Counted from the first letter of the stretch, positions 13,430 through 28,157 are shown. The stretch is 64,000 nt of DNA from Eledone cirrhosa (GCA_964016885.1 OZ024740.1:235910001-235974000); one strand, 5' to 3'. The notes: generated by a model not told the origin, from the sequence alone. Program-made: numbers and translations.

Positions 13430-13688
13430 GAACATCAACAACACACAACCATCACACCAAACACCCAGTATGTCGGACATCACAGCCAACACACCCAACA
13501 CCACACAAACAACACACCAAACATCATCCAACCAACACACCAAACACTACACAACCAACACACCAAACATCATACAACCAACACAGCCAACACACCAAAT
13601 ACCACACAACCAACATACCAAACACCACACAACCAACACACCAAACACCACACAACCAACACACCAAACACCACACAACCAACACATC
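13430..13688. repeat. Degenerate ~23-bp CA-rich tandem repeat
   Basis: aacaccacacaaccaacacacca units next to the ING3 exon 8 acceptor. Confidence 0.85.
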
Positions 13689-15421
13689 AATTTACTCTAT
13701 TTGATATCAAACTGCTCCTGGTTCTACAATGCAATGCTGTTTATTTATATTTAAAAGCCTTCATTTTATGCAAGAACTTTTAAGTCATATTCCAAACTCC
13801 AGCTTAATGAGAAAAGTTGTTATATTACTAAATCCCTCTGAATTTCTTATTATGTTCAAAATGATAAAAGAATTATAGGCAGTGTTTTACATTAGAAATT
13901 TGGTACTGAAAGGGTTGATGTTAACAAAAATCTGTAAAATTATGAATTTTCAAAAATGTTTTTTGAGGAACAGAATATTAATTTCCATATCCCAAATAAA
14001 ACTCTTCAAGTAGTTGGTTTATTCATTCTAAATATATCCTTTAAAATATTTAAAATATCCCATTTTTCTCATGTCTGACTGACAATGAATACATGTAATA
14101 AAGGTTTGTTTGAACCATGTCTTAACATTGATTCTATTTAGATCTCTGTTAGTAACACTAAATAAGACGATGGAACCATATTCTGTAGCTTTAAACCACA
14201 AAAACATTTATGTTCAATATACAGATATGTTTCATAGCTGCTCAGAGAGTGCCAGTAGCTATGACTTTAACCCTTTAAATAACAACCAAAACTGCCTCCA
14301 TTATTATACACCAGATAATTCCAAACTCCAGCTTAATAATGAGAATATTTTGTTATATTACTAAATCCATCCAATTTTTCTATTATTTTCAAAATGATAA
14401 AAAAATTATAGGTTCTGAGTTCAAATCCTGCCAAGGTTAGTTTCGTCTTTCCTCCTTACAGGGTCAATAAAATAAAGTACCAGTAATGCACTAGGGTTGA
14501 CTTTACCTTTCCCCAAAAATTGTTGACCTTGTACCTAAATCAGAAACGATTATTACATACCATATAATACTAGATTTCAGTAGTTATATATTGGTCTTTT
14601 GTTATTAAGTTGAAAGTTAGCTATTTCATTAAACCTCTAATAATTGTTGATTATTTTGATAATTACAATACGAAGGCAATATATTCTTGTGAGAAATATG
14701 GTCAGGAAAGGTTTAAAACATTCTTTTTCAATATTCAATGCAAACTGAACCCACATAGTTTCAAAAGCTGCAGTATTCCTCACAACTGGTCTTTTATTTG
14801 TCAAACCTTAAAGCTCACTCGATATGCTAGGGTTCTTTCTATTAATTAATAAATATATTTATGCACAACACAGCAATTATTAGATCTAAGATAAACTTAA
14901 TGTATATATCATTAGCTTTTAGAGTATAGATCTCATTGTGAAAATAAACAAGTGTAAGCACACTTTTTATTCCCTCCATATGCAGAAAAACATAAGAGAT
15001 TGCCTTTATAAAGTCTCTTAGATTTTTGTCCATCAGAAGACAACTGCCCTCTATCATTCCATTTACAACAGGAACCTATACCATTTGCTATTTATGACAA
15101 ACTCAAAGTAGAACTTAACTGAAATGACCAGTCTAATTTATACAATGTACAGACATTTGGCAACATAACTACATTTTATATTTCTATAAAATTGAAAGCA
15201 CAAAGTCATACATTAAAATTGTATTGCTGACAAGAGAGGGGCAGCATTCCAACTTCATTATTTGGTTTGCTTGAGTAGTTTGCAGTAAAAACCATCCAAG
15301 ACATGAGAAAAAAAAAACAATATATTTATACAAATAAAAATGGAACCATTCAAGAGATGTTAAAGAGCAAGAAGACAACAAAGATGAATAAATGAGAAGA
15401 AAGACCCAGTGTTCAACTTAC

Positions 15422-15634
15422 CCAAGCTGTAGGTGATACCTGCTGGATTACCACTACCTCCTCCTGAGTTAAAGGAATTCACAGATGATGAATTAGAAGC
15501 TGGATTAGTACGACGTTGACCTATACTCTCTTTAGCCACTTCATTGGCAAGTGAAGAAAGAACTCGCTCTGTGCTGGTCTGTTTGTCATTGTGATAAGGT
15601 TGGGAAGGGTTGGATGCAGCTATAACACGGCGTT
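15422..15634 (-). CDS. ING3: ING3 exon 7 (KRRVIAASNPSQ...ERVLSSLANEVAKES...GITYSL)
   Basis: Acceptor ctgccag, donor gtaag, 213 nt, open and phase-consistent. Confidence 0.88.
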
Positions 15635-15870
15635 CTGGCAGAAACATAAGAAATATATTTGTGAGATAAAAAAGTTTATCAAAGTAAAATTGTTATAATA
15701 TTGTTATCCTATTTTAGTCAATAGCTAACAGTTCAGAATCTTAGTAAATCTGGTTGAGGCTTTAATTTACTTTAATGTATGTTGCACATATTTAGCAACA
15801 ATGGTCGGGAGAGGGTTAATTTATATATTTAGAAGAGTACCATACAGTCAGGTTTGAGAGAGATACTCAC

Positions 15871-15918
15871 TATCTGGACGATTCTGACTCTGTTGAGGAG
15901 TATCTAGCTCTAATGACC
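15871..15918 (-). CDS. ING3: ING3 exon 6 (RSLELDTPQQSQNRPD)
   Basis: Acceptor cttgcag, donor gtgagt, 48 nt, phase 1 to 1; RSLELDTP motif. Confidence 0.92.
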
Positions 15919-17903
15919 CTGCAAGAGATACAACAGACACTTAATATTAAGAAACACTGCTGGAAATAAAGTAATAAGACATTTAAGCTGAGATACTCAT
16001 TATTAACTGTTTTGATACCAACCCACCCAAAACCAGTTCAGGTTCTATGAAACAAAACTACCTATTTTAAAAGAGTTCCTTTTTAAATTAAACTTTTCCA
16101 ACACTGTTTTATACAAAGACCATATGTTAAGTTACTATCTTAGTAATGAAATAATTAATAATTTTAGTAAATCCCTCAAAATTCTTCATTAATTGAAATA
16201 GAGTATATTTCATTAGAAATATGGTCATGGAAGGCTTAATAATAAGTTCTGTATAGACATTAGAGTTAATTTTCCTGTAAGATGTCTCCATCTCAGTCGT
16301 CATCCTCCAAGACACATTATTCTGATAACCTAAGCCTTCTAAGAATCCTCTCCACTTTAGTTGTTAAATAATTATTGATAAGACAAATATCTAGCTGTAA
16401 AAGAAAGTAACAATTGTTTCAACAATATATAAATGCCTCAAATTTACAAAACAATCTCCCCATTCATGCTGGTTATATGCAATTAACTGGACCACTGCAT
16501 GCAACGGGTACTTAATTTATTACATGTAAAGTTGTAGTTGGTGTTAGGAAGGGCATCCAGCTGTAAAATACCCAGCCAAATTTACAGATGTCATGGGAGC
16601 AAGGTGCAGCGTAGCCAACTCTGGCCAGACTTACGTCCCGGCGTGGACCACCCATCTAACCCATGCAAGCATGGAAAAATGGACGCCAAACGGTGATGAC
16701 GATGATGATGATGAAAGTGGTAGTGCTGGTGTTATGACAAAAATCACTCAGTCCACTATGAAAGGTGGTAGTTGGTAGTGTCTGTCATGATAAAGTTGTT
16801 GGCATTAGGAAGGGCACCAACCATAGAAATCAAGCCCAGAATTGAGCATGCGTGCAAGATGTAGTTGTCACCGGACCAATCTAGCTTTAGAACAGGACAA
16901 CCCATCTAAACCACACAAGCATAGAAAACAGTGATGGAGAATCACAACACTAACACTGATGTGAATTTGAAATCAACATGGAAAAGTGGAAATAAAATGA
17001 TGATGATGATACAACTCCAACCAATGAAAGTAGGTAGTCAAGCTTCTTATAAATATGGCCATCTCCACTCACATTACAGTAATCAACAATAAATTAAAAT
17101 ATTATTGTTCAGACTCGGATCTATCCAGTCATCACTATCCCACCCATGATGGGAAGGATACCAACTAGCCAGGCATAAAAATAAAATCTCAACCATAGTT
17201 GGGTAGTCAGTGATAGGAGGATACCAGATGTACAAGTAAGTATTACGCCACCTACCTCACCAAAAAATAGACCATTGCATCAACGCAAGCATGAAAGAAA
17301 TATATATATTTAAAAAAAGATGAGATCTATATAAGCAGCCAGTATACAAGCAGTGGCTTATTAACCATTAATTATTGCAACCCATTTGGGTAAATTGATA
17401 CTCTTCTGTGACATTTTTTCTAATATATGGAAACACTGTAAATGTGGTTGGCATTAGAAACCTAGCCAGAAACCTGACTTGTCTCAAATGGGACAACTCT
17501 TCTAACCCATGCTTGCATGGAAAAATGGACATTAAACGGAAATGATGATGATGGAACTTAGCATTTGATAATTTTCGTGGGGAGATTTCCCCCCCCCCCC
17601 CTCCCCCCAGTAACCAAATGTTTCAAAAGTAAAAGAAACACTTGTCTAGAGGGACAGGATTAAGGTTAGAGTGTCATGTTGGAAAGTATAGAAGTTCAAG
17701 TGATACGTGTATGCACTGACTAAGCATATGAAGTGTAAGAGAAGGGAGAGAGGTGGGGAAATTTCTTAAGAATACCCAAGCTAGCATGGAAAATGGATGT
17801 TAAACGATGATGATGATGACTAGCCATAAGAGGTTGTATTTTAGAGGGTTTTTTCTCATGATTTAAAATAAAAAATTAAAAAATAAAAATAGAAAAGTCT
17901 TAC

Positions 17904-18000
17904 TTTTTTCTAAAATTTCTGTTATACCAGCATTATCTGCTTCCAGTTCCATCTTAAATTTTGATAATTCTTGATCTAATTTTCTTAAATGCCTATCAAC
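17904..18000 (-). CDS. ING3: ING3 exon 5 (VDRHLRKLDQELSKFKMELEADNAGITEILEK)
   Basis: Acceptor ttgtag, donor gtaag, 97 nt; near-identical to the ING3 consensus. Confidence 0.96.
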
Positions 18001-19508
18001 CTACAATGTAATTATGTGGATATTAGACAATTTCATGAAATCAAAAAATTGGTTTAGGTGCTGGACTAGTGATATTTTCAAATTTCATATCTTGTTACTG
18101 TCAGTATGTTGTGCACTGAATAAGGTATCTAACTGTTTATTCCAGTTTGCTAGACGGAAAAAAATATAAAAAAACATGTTCAGCTCCTACTTCACAGTGA
18201 AGTAGGAAAGAGTAACGAGTTACTGGCTGTGAGAACTATTAGTTCAACAAGTAAGCTATTCCAACAATGCAATCATGGGAAAGTGTAGGGGACAACATAA
18301 AAAAGATAAATCAATGTACATATAAGGAAAAATTCTAGTAAAAACAGACAAAAGATATTAACACCAGTCGACCCATCACATGAACAAAATGCATCATTAC
18401 AACTGGTACTGTCAAGCTCTGAACTTTACAAACAGCAATATCATTTATTTCTATGTTTAATAGACTGACTCAACAACAATTCCTGGAATACAAAGATGTC
18501 ACCTGGTACAAAAGATAAATCCATACTCTTCTAAAAACCTATATTAGATATTTACACTGATAATTAGTGAAGATTTTACACTGGCATTGTATTGTAGATC
18601 TGATTTATATTGAGAACTGGTTGTGTAGGTGTGTTTCAACAAAAAAGCACCTAGCCCACACTGTAAAGTGGTCATTTTGGTGTCATGATAAAAGGCACAC
18701 AGTACACATGTAGATGTGGTTGGTGTTGTAAAGGGCATCTGGCCTTAGAAACGAAGCTGAAATCAGTTCTGTATGAGCAAGACATAGTCAGCTGATCTGG
18801 CTTGTCTCGCACTGTGACAACTCATTTAACCCATGCTAGTGTGAAAAAATAGATGTTAAACAGTGATGATAATGAATTACATTAGATCCAATGATTTACA
18901 CAGGCAATTACAGTTAAACTGTGATGAAGAATGGATGGTTAATGAGTTAAAACACCTATATAACATGAACCCATTTGGCACCTGGATTATTTTTTCCCTT
19001 TAATTTCAATTACTTTTGCTGTATTTTCAATTTATAACACTTTCAAACATGAAATACAGCGAAAGCAAACAGTAAAATAAAACATTAATTTGTATGCTTA
19101 GATGTTTTTTTATATAGGTACACAGTAGCCATGCATGTTGAAAGAAGCAACTAACAGAGTTGGTGTCAAGAAGGGCATCTGGCTGTAATATACTGCCCCA
19201 AGAAGTCCCCTCCAACCCATGCCAGTATAGAAAAGTCAACGCAAAAACAATGATGATGATAGAGGTAAATTAATGCATATAATGTTTCAAAAACAAAACA
19301 AAAAAAAATATCAAACATTGTTTTTTTAATTGTCAGGTCAGATATGTGAGCTGCAATGTTAATATTAACATTGATAGCTCTGTGTTGCAATAGCTAATAC
19401 AGGTTTTTTTTGTAGCGTGGCAGATAGACATTAAACGATGATGATGATGAATCTGTTGTAGAGAAGATACTGTTTCCAATGTTCACATATAAGGGAGGTA
19501 ATGACAAT

Positions 19509-20064
19509 CTCTATATATACAAAATTCTTTGTATCTCTGTCTTTTCCTTATGCATTCTCAAACGGCTCGACCAAATCAAAGCAAATTTTACAAGGTAATA
19601 GTATTAGACACTGGGATTAAGAACATGTAATTTTAATTTTCATTTGGATTAAAACAATATGGCATTTTATCTAAAATAATCTTTTTGTAGTGAACTATAA
19701 TAAATGGACATTTTATAACATGACGTCACATTTTGTATATGAGTGTGTGTTTGCACGTTTGTGATGTACGTTAGGCCTTAGTAAGTTACACACACATTTT
19801 CATGTAAATATTTAATCCGATACACAGATAATTAAACACACACACACACATCTGATGACACAATGAACATTGTTTACCCCGAGGTGCTTCAAGATTGACA
19901 GATTTTCATTTCTAAATTCTATTATCATTACAATTTTGATATTTTCTTAATGAAATATAGATATTTTGAAATAATTATGAGAAAAAATATATCTTCATAT
20001 TTATTGTTTACTAATCTGAATAAGAACAGCTGTAATCCAGGCAACGCCGGGTCATTCAGCTAGT
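19509..20064 (+). mobile_element. Non-autonomous Helitron-like element
   Basis: 5' TC-TATATA-type start; 3' hairpin ccaggcaacgccggg followed by CTAGT. Confidence 0.55.
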
Positions 20065-20090
20065 TGAATATAAAAACAATGTCTACTTAC

Positions 20091-20156
20091 TAAGTCATGT
20101 ATATGATTTGCTAAATGAACTTTTTCGTCTGCATCGTCAAGTACTTTAAAGTAACC
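20091..20156 (-). CDS. ING3: ING3 exon 4 (GYFKVLDDADEKVHLANHIHDL)
   Basis: Acceptor tttccag, donor gtaagt, 66 nt; DADEKV motif. Confidence 0.94.
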
Positions 20157-20568
20157 CTGGAAATAAAAAGAATAGAAATATATAGATATAGTAAAAATAT
20201 ATATAGGACAACTGAAAATGGCAAAAAATCCATATAAATGACAGACAGGACAAACTATGAAAGTTAATGTTCAAAGTGGAGGGTAACTGTGGCAGACAAG
20301 GACTAAGAAAGCCAGTGACAAGGTCTGAGAACTCATAATGTGAAGTATCTGTAGACAAGATAACAAGGGATAATGACAAGCAATATGCTATACAGTATAT
20401 CTGTCCAACCCATGCTAGTATGGAGAAAATAGTTTTGTATATGTAAAGACATGAAGTTTTACTGCTAAGAAAAGTGGAATAAAAAGCCAAGTTAAAGAAA
20501 GAGCATGTGAAAGGCATTTGAGATTTGCAATTTCAGTTCCCTTTAGAATTCTGCTTAGCCCATCAAAA

Positions 20569-21370
20569 TCATCATCATTTAACGTCTATCTTCCACGCTA
20601 GCATGGGTTTAGATGGGAACTGTCCCACTCGAGGCAAGATTGGTCGTCTCGCTCGTATAGGACTGTCTGGCAGGTTTTCTACGGCTGGATGCTCTTCCTA
20701 ACACCAACGACGTTTACAGTGTGGACTGGGAGGTTTTTACCGTGTTACCTACATGGCCACATTACAGTGTGGACTGTGTTTTTTGTCATGACACCTACAC
20801 AACCTCATTTATTTAGGACTGGATGTTGTGGTACCAACATAACTTTACAGAGAAAGAGGTGGTGTTGATGGGGGTGGGGTGGAGGGTATATTTGATTAAG
20901 AGGTGCCTACTGACTAGGTTTCGCTTTGTACTTAGGCAAGGCGGGTCTTCTGTATTACTGTGTAGCGCCAAAGATCTCGGTCCAGTGACATTGTCTTAGA
21001 GAGGTGTAAGTGTGTGAGGTCGGAATTTATCAAATCGTCCCAGGTTTTCTGGGTCTGCCTACTCTGTAACTACCATCAATTTTGATTGCCCTGCAGTTTT
21101 TTATACAGCTGTCGTCTTTCATGCGCATCACGTGACCATACCAACGTAGTCTTCTCTCGAGTAAACAGCATCTGATCCCTCTTATACCTAATTTCTCACT
21201 TAGTTCATTTATGCTTTGCCGTTCACGTATATTACTATTACACATCCAGCGGAGCATGCATGCTTCATTCCTCTCCAGTCTGCGCAGATCCTCTGCACAC
21301 ATTGCTGTTCATATGCAGGCATCATACAGACTGCCTTCCATTTTTAGAGAGAAACCTTTAGTGGCCCAGT
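20569..21370 (-). mobile_element. RTE-clade LINE 3' fragment
   Basis: ORF 21030..21302 RLERNEACMLRWMC...RRLRWYGHVMRM...GRPRK is a typical RTE C-terminus; microsatellite tail. Confidence 0.85.
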
Positions 21371-22434
21371 GATTCCCAATGTGGGGCGTATACAGAACTG
21401 ACTTCTACATTGCTTCTATGACTGCCCTGTAGTTAATTAACTTTTACTGTGTCACAATAAATGCTGTGGTATCTTTATTCATCTGATAGTGCAGACTTAC
21501 TTTAATAATTCAGTAAGATTAATAATCTCTCTTAGATCAAGTTTCTATCCCCTATAAATATCCATGTAGTAACATCACCAATGTTGACACCACACCACTA
21601 TACCAACAATACTGATTTACCTCCTTAAACTATCATACCCAATATGACATTTCAGGTCATCTGATATCACATATAATATATAGGTTCTTTGATATGTGAA
21701 GACAATCTTTTCCACTGTCAGTCAATACAATTATTAATTTTCTCTCATATTGTTGTCAACAAATTACCTCCAAACAACACACTGTCAACACAAAGTTACA
21801 ACTGTCTCCAATTAACAGCACACTACTAGGAGGGTCGTTTTTCTATGTCAGTTCTCGTCATGATAATATGAGAGAGAGAGTTTTTACAGTTGGACATCAA
21901 TACCACTATGAAGTAAGATATGTAGTAAAGTCAGCAGACATTGTGTATAATTGAAAAGAGGTACAACACAATGGTGATAGTTTGAACCCATAACATTCAT
22001 CATTTAATGTCTGTCCAAGAGTTGAACAGGTCATCACAGATCAGTACTCAAACAAAGTTACTGATCTCGCAGATGGGCCATGGGCCAGGATCTCGCTTAC
22101 ATATGTTCCTGCATTCTACCGAGTGCATTTTATCATGGCACTAGCACTAGAGAGGTTGTCATGTCTTTAACACAATGGAAGAGTTTTCCCAACCTTTTGT
22201 TTAGCAAGTTTTCTAAAGCTGGATGCCCTTCCTATCAACTACCACTTTACAGAGTGTACTGGGTGAATTTATTGTCTAGATCATCAACACTAGGGGGGAG
22301 GTTATGTTTTTGACTCTGTAGTAAATAATCCAGCATCATAACTTTGGTCACTGTGACCATTGTAATTTTTTATGCAAATGTTTCATTGCAGGACACTTTT
22401 ACACCTGCTCCCAAAACACAACACAATGCCTTAT

Positions 22435-23525
22435 ACTGGGTGGGTAAAACAAATGGTTGTTTTTTATTTTTGTCAACATTATTCACTTTCTGACAAATAC
22501 TGATGAAACTCCAAGTATATTTAGTTCAAACCATTAAAAACAATATATCAAAAATTTAATATCTTCTGATGTTTCTGGCTAGAGTTACAGTATGTTTCAA
22601 GTAATCTGCATTTGAAGTTTAGCATAATGTCTTTACAAACAGACCTAGGGATAGCTCTGATCTCCTCCTTGATGTTTCCCTTCAGTTCAATGATGGTCCT
22701 AAGTTTGTTGACATACCCCGTCCTTCAGATAGCCCCAAAGAAAGAAACCTGGAGGGCTCAAAGCAGGGCTGTGTGGGACCCACTCAAAACCAGTTTTAAA
22801 AATAATCACACAATTTCCAAAATTATTTTTCAGCCATTCTCATGACTCAGTTAGAGGTGAGAGGGCTTGCTTCATCTTGCTGGAACCAGAACTTGCTCGT
22901 TAGAGATTTCCCCTACCTCCAGAACACACCGTTTTTTGCATTGATCTTCCCCTCTAAGTGAAAGTGGGCTTTATTAGAGGTGCACAGCAGATTCAGAAAA
23001 TTTGGGTTGTTTTCCATCTTCTCCAGCATTTTCTCAGCTATAGCCTTTCTCTTGGTTGTATCAGCCACATTAAGCTTTTGTTTAGTCTGTATTCTGTAGG
23101 AGTATTTCTTAAGATCCTCTTTGACAACTCTTCTGCAAGTTTCTCTGGAGAGCCCTAAGGATTGGTTTCTTTTGTGCTCTGTTCAACAGACTCTCAGACC
23201 TAGGTAGGATGATATTCAGACATTGTATTAAAGTTCTCCACTGTCCCATAGGTCTCAAACAGCTTCCCCCAGTTTTCTATACTGGCTTTGAATGGAGATT
23301 TGTCTCTTCCAAAAAATACATGAAATTGCTTCTGGACCAGTTAGCAAAAGTCACATTTATAGTAGTGTTTCACACAGAAAATCCAGTGCTGGAGCTCATA
23401 TTGGGGTTTTGTTGTCTTCTCAGATGTTGCATCTGCTACATCCTGATATTTACAGTTGGTCGGTTAGAAAATAAATATAGTGACACAAAACGTGCGTGGA
23501 GCCATTTTATTCTTAGTCACCCTGG
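22435..23525 (-). mobile_element. Decayed Tc1/mariner-superfamily element (WFQQD / FFLWGYLK type)
   Basis: Minus-strand remnants WFQQD (~22885) and LSPPGFFLWGYLK (~22760); weak terminal inverted similarity. Confidence 0.65.
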
Positions 23526-23596
23526 AGATTGTCTGAGTCACTGCCAGAGCTTGAAACCATGTTGTGTTTAATTGGTTAACATTAAACAGTACTTAC

Positions 23597-23703
23597 TTGT
23601 TGCAATTTGGTAAATTGTTCTTCACGCCAGTCAGTTCGAGCATTTGGCTGTGTACATTTCTTGAAAAATACAGCTACCCTATCATCTAAATTATCTAAAG
23701 CAT
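23597..23703 (-). CDS. ING3: ING3 exon 3 (NALDNLDDRVAVFFKKCTQPNARTDWREEQFTKLQQ)
   Basis: Acceptor cttgcag, donor gtaagt, 107 nt; conserved WREEQ motif. Confidence 0.93.
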
Positions 23704-24265
23704 CTGCAAGACAAGAAAGACACTGTAGAGATAAACCAGCACAGATGAGATCATTAAACAGCATTACATGAAATGTCTAATTTCTTATGGTAAGAACATA
23801 ATTTGAAAGGCACAATGTTAAGATATTTATTTATTCACTTATCCTACTGTGGAAGAACTAGATATGTTCTCATTATTTTCTGTTAGGGAAGTGGGTTAGC
23901 AGAATCATTAGTGTCAGACAAAATGCTTTGCAAGCATTTAGTTATCACCTTTTATGTTCTAAGTTCAGGTCAACTTTGACTTTCATCTTTCTGGGGTAGA
24001 TAAAATAAAGTATCACTCATATATTGGGAAATCAATTTTTCCCTCACCACAAATTGTTCACCTTGTGCCTAAATTAGAAATCCTTCCTACCTAATCACAA
24101 GATGTGCTGTTTCTTCCAACATTACCCGGAACTCTAAAAGTGTAATCTAGGGACACAACTGAATAGCTATGACATAATTTGAACACCTAAGTGAAATATA
24201 ATCCATTGTGCTCCTGTAGAGCTACCATGAGTGTGTATGCATGCCACAACCATATTAACACAAAT

Positions 24266-24963
24266 TACTGTATATACTTGAATATAAGCTAAGAAATGTG
24301 ACCAAAAAATTGATGGTAAAATGGAGGTTCAGCTTATATTCGAGGTCAATATTTTGACGATTTTCGCCAACTTCAAATTCTCTATAAATAAGGTGTTAAA
24401 ATATCTGGAGTGATTATTTTACAATGAAACACTGTTTGTCTACACTTACTACATTATTGTTGGTGTTACTTCCAACAAATATTTATAATTTGAACTTGCT
24501 AATACATAAATATCCCATGTGCACACACACATACACAAACAATATTTTTTCTTTCAAACTTACTTCCAATTTTATTTTATTGCTTTCGCCCTCTCACTTT
24601 GTCTCCCTTCACTTGCTGAGTTTCCCTCTTTCTTCTACTCTATGAATCCCTATACCAAGTTCTCTTAGTCAATCTTTCTTTCAAAGTACTCCTATAGCAT
24701 GTGAGTGGCCAGAAGCAAACAAAAATTTGAGAAACTTGTTCAAACTTAACATAATGGAGTTGTGAAACAAAAACTATACTCTAAACAACAATCAAAATAT
24801 CAAAATTTCATAAATATACTTTATACTCATGAGAATTTCAAAACCATACCATCTAAACAATATGTTGATTAGCTACTTTGGCCTATAAATGTGGTCTGGA
24901 TTTTGCCCATTTCTCAGACATGGAATTGGGGAGGGGTCAACTTATATTCAAGTATATACAGTA
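24266..24963. mobile_element. Tc1/pogo-type MITE
   Basis: 23-bp TIR tactgtatatacttgaatataag / cttatattcaagtatatacagta. Confidence 0.75.
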
Positions 24964-26739
24964 TATCATTTAAAATGTTTGGTAAATGACCATGACAAAT
25001 ATTAAATAAAGATCTAGAACTTAAATGCCCTTGCTTTCAGCCCTCACTCATGTCTAATAAAAGCTGGTTGTGTATGTCACTTTTGCCCGTAGCAATCTAG
25101 GTTCCATGTATGACTATGTTGAATCCAAGGAGGCGCTTTGTACACCACTGCTGATAAGCATAACTTAATGCCCTAGTTATCTTATGGGTTACTTCAATAA
25201 AATATAACCAAGTAGGAGAGGGAGGGACAAAAACCTCATTTAAAAATGTAATGGAACTCCATTGGGGAGTTAGGTACACAAATAGATGCAGTCAAATTAG
25301 TACATACTATATAGTTAAATCATCATTTAACATTCACTTTCCTAACTAGCAAGAGTTGGACACCATATATAAAATTCTTCATATACATCATCATCATTTA
25401 ACATCTATTTCCCATATTTACATGAATATACCCTTCCTTTCACAATAAAGTGCACCCAGTACACTCTTTAATGCTTAACATCCTTTTTCACATGAAACCA
25501 CATTAGCTTCTTGTTAGTTCTGATGACGATTATCCATTTTTTTTTTTATCAACAAAATTGCCTTCTCGTGAATTTAAGGTGTAAGTGATTGAACATTCCA
25601 AAAAAACGTGTAACCTTAACACAATTCTCAGGGAGATTCAGATAGTCTGGGATATAACTGGTCCTTTGCATAACTCATTTTTGCCAGCTAAATAGACTTG
25701 AGCAACATGAAATAAAGTGTCTTTGCTTAAAGACACAATGCACCACTGGGAATTATTTTAACAAGGCAGCACATTTTTGCAACAATCTTTCTACCAGTAA
25801 AACATTTGAATTAACAAACCTGTTTTGTTTTTTATGTTTTCTGCTAAATTATTACAAGATGTTAAGAGTTAAAGTGATTGTTGGCATGATAAAATGTACT
25901 CAGTACACTGTGTAAAATAGTAGGTGATAACAAGGGGATCAGGCTGTAGAAATCACGCCAAAACTAGAACATATGTAAGCAAGACATGGGTCTTGGTCCA
26001 ACTGGAAGGAGAGTAGCTTTGATTAAGTACTGACTTGGTTTCTGATAATCTGTCCAACCCATGCCGGCATGGTAGAATGGGCATATTTCCATGGTATCAG
26101 ATGTTTATGCTATTGCATGTGACCAAAGGTATACCAGGAATGCCTGCTGACCAAGGTTAGGCTTCAAAACAAATGCAACAGGAGCATATCAATGACTATT
26201 GAGAAGGTTTTTTACCATTATCCATATTCTCTAGTGTATAACCATTTTCCTATTATTTTTATTGAAAATTTAAACAAAAGCATAGCCTTGTAGTTAAGAA
26301 ATCCGTTTTGCAACCACATCGTTTCAGGTTTGTTCTCATTGCCTTTTGTGAGTCATCATTTAACACCTGTCTTCCCAACTAGTAAAAGTTAAATATGTCT
26401 TCAGACGATGTCAGTACTCAAGTGGAACTACTGACTTCTTGGATGGACCGGGGCCTCAGTGAAGTTGGTTAACAGAAACTGTGAGAAAAGCTTGTTATAT
26501 ATATTATGTATGTCAGCTGTGACAAGTGTCTTCATAGTAACACCATCATTTAAGGGCAAGTATAACATTTGTTTGTCCTACAGCTTAGTGCTTTGACAAA
26601 CTTCAGTGGTACACACCATGCCTAAAAGAAAGTATAAGTTGGCATCAGGATGTAGAAAAACTGCTTCAAAGTTTATTCCAATCCATGCCAGCATGAGTTT
26701 GACAAATTATGTATATATATGTATGTATAGATATATATA

Positions 26740-27963
26740 TGAGGTTTGTCCCAAAAGTAAGGGTACTGATGTTTATATTTCAATGTATATTTGACATACA
26801 TAAAATTAAGTTATCTCCTTCAAAATACGACTCTTGGGTAGTCACACAGTTGTTCCATCCTTTCCAGTGATTGTAGCAGTACTGAATGCCATTTTCTGTG
26901 AGTGTCCTTAGCTCTTTGGATGCAATTTTTTGTATGCTTTCCACAGTCCCAAAATGATGACCCTTCAAATTCCATTTCAACTTAGGAAAGAGGGAGAAAT
27001 CACACAGAGCTAGATCTGGGCTGTAAGAAGGATGTGAAAGAGTGGGAATGTTTTTCACCAGAAATTCTTTAATTGAAAGTGCTGAGTCAGCAGGTGCAGT
27101 ACCCATTCTCCTGCAATGTCCTTTCAGACTTGCTGGACCTTTTTTCAAAGTCGTTCCATGACATCTTTGTAGAAGATGCGATTAACTGTCTGTCCTGAAA
27201 GTAAAAATCTTTTGTGAACAATACCACAGCTGTCCCCAAAAAATGATAATTGTTTTCACCCTGGATCTACTCATGCATGCTTTTTTTGGACAAGAATTTC
27301 TCCTGTGCCACTCCTCACTTTGCCATTTTGTCTGTGGATTGTATTCAAATACCCATGATTCGTCTCCTGTTATTACTTTATACAAGAAATTTGGCTCAAC
27401 TTTGAGTCTTTCTAGCAAATCCCAACATATTTCCAATTGGTTTGCTTTTTACTCCACAGACAAATGTATTCCACAAAATTTTCACATGTGCAAATTGTCT
27501 GTTAAAATTCTGTGAACTGCATTTTTATCAAACCTGTTTCTTCTGCAATCATCCTAACACTTAATCAGCAATCTTTCACCATCAGCACTTGCACATTTTT
27601 TCATTTGTTGACAAGATTAGCCTTCCAGAATGAGGTTTGTCTTCTACATTTTCTTGGCCCTCTTCAAAAGCTTTGTCACTTAAAATCTTTACTTCTCGAT
27701 AGAGTGGCATCTCCATAAGCTTGTTTAAGAATTAAATGTTTCGGTGGTAGATTTGTTGAATTTTACACATAATTTGATTGAGTATCGTTCTTCAATATTT
27801 TCCTGCATCGCAAATGTAACACGTCTGTACATAATCAACAATAACTCACAACTGACCATGTTGAAACAAGTATGTACATGCAGCCGAGGTCAACCAACAT
27901 CAACAAAGTGCTGCATTACCATGTCATAGGAAAACCAGTGCCCTTACTTTTGGGAAAAAGTCA
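26740..27963 (-). mobile_element. Near full-length defective mariner (DD34D) transposon in ING3 intron 2
   Basis: TIRs (tcccaaaagtaagggtactg / cagtgcccttacttttggga); transposase motifs ITGDESWV and YSPDLAxCDF.LFPKLK split by frameshifts. Confidence 0.9.
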
Positions 27964-28157
27964 CACACATATATATATATATATATATATCATTGGGTTT
28001 TTTTTATGTCCATTTTTCCACGTTTGCATAGGTTGGATGTGCCCTTCTCAGCATAGCATCTCTCCACTCACCTCGTTCCTTCATCTCCTGTGAGTCTCAG
28101 CAATTTGAGGTCAGCTCTCAACGCCCCTGCCCAGGTCTTTCTTGGTCTCTCTCTTTC

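Noticed and set aside
13392-13754. Thr/Gln/His-rich ORF
   Set aside because: Translation of the 23-bp repeat, antisense to ING3.
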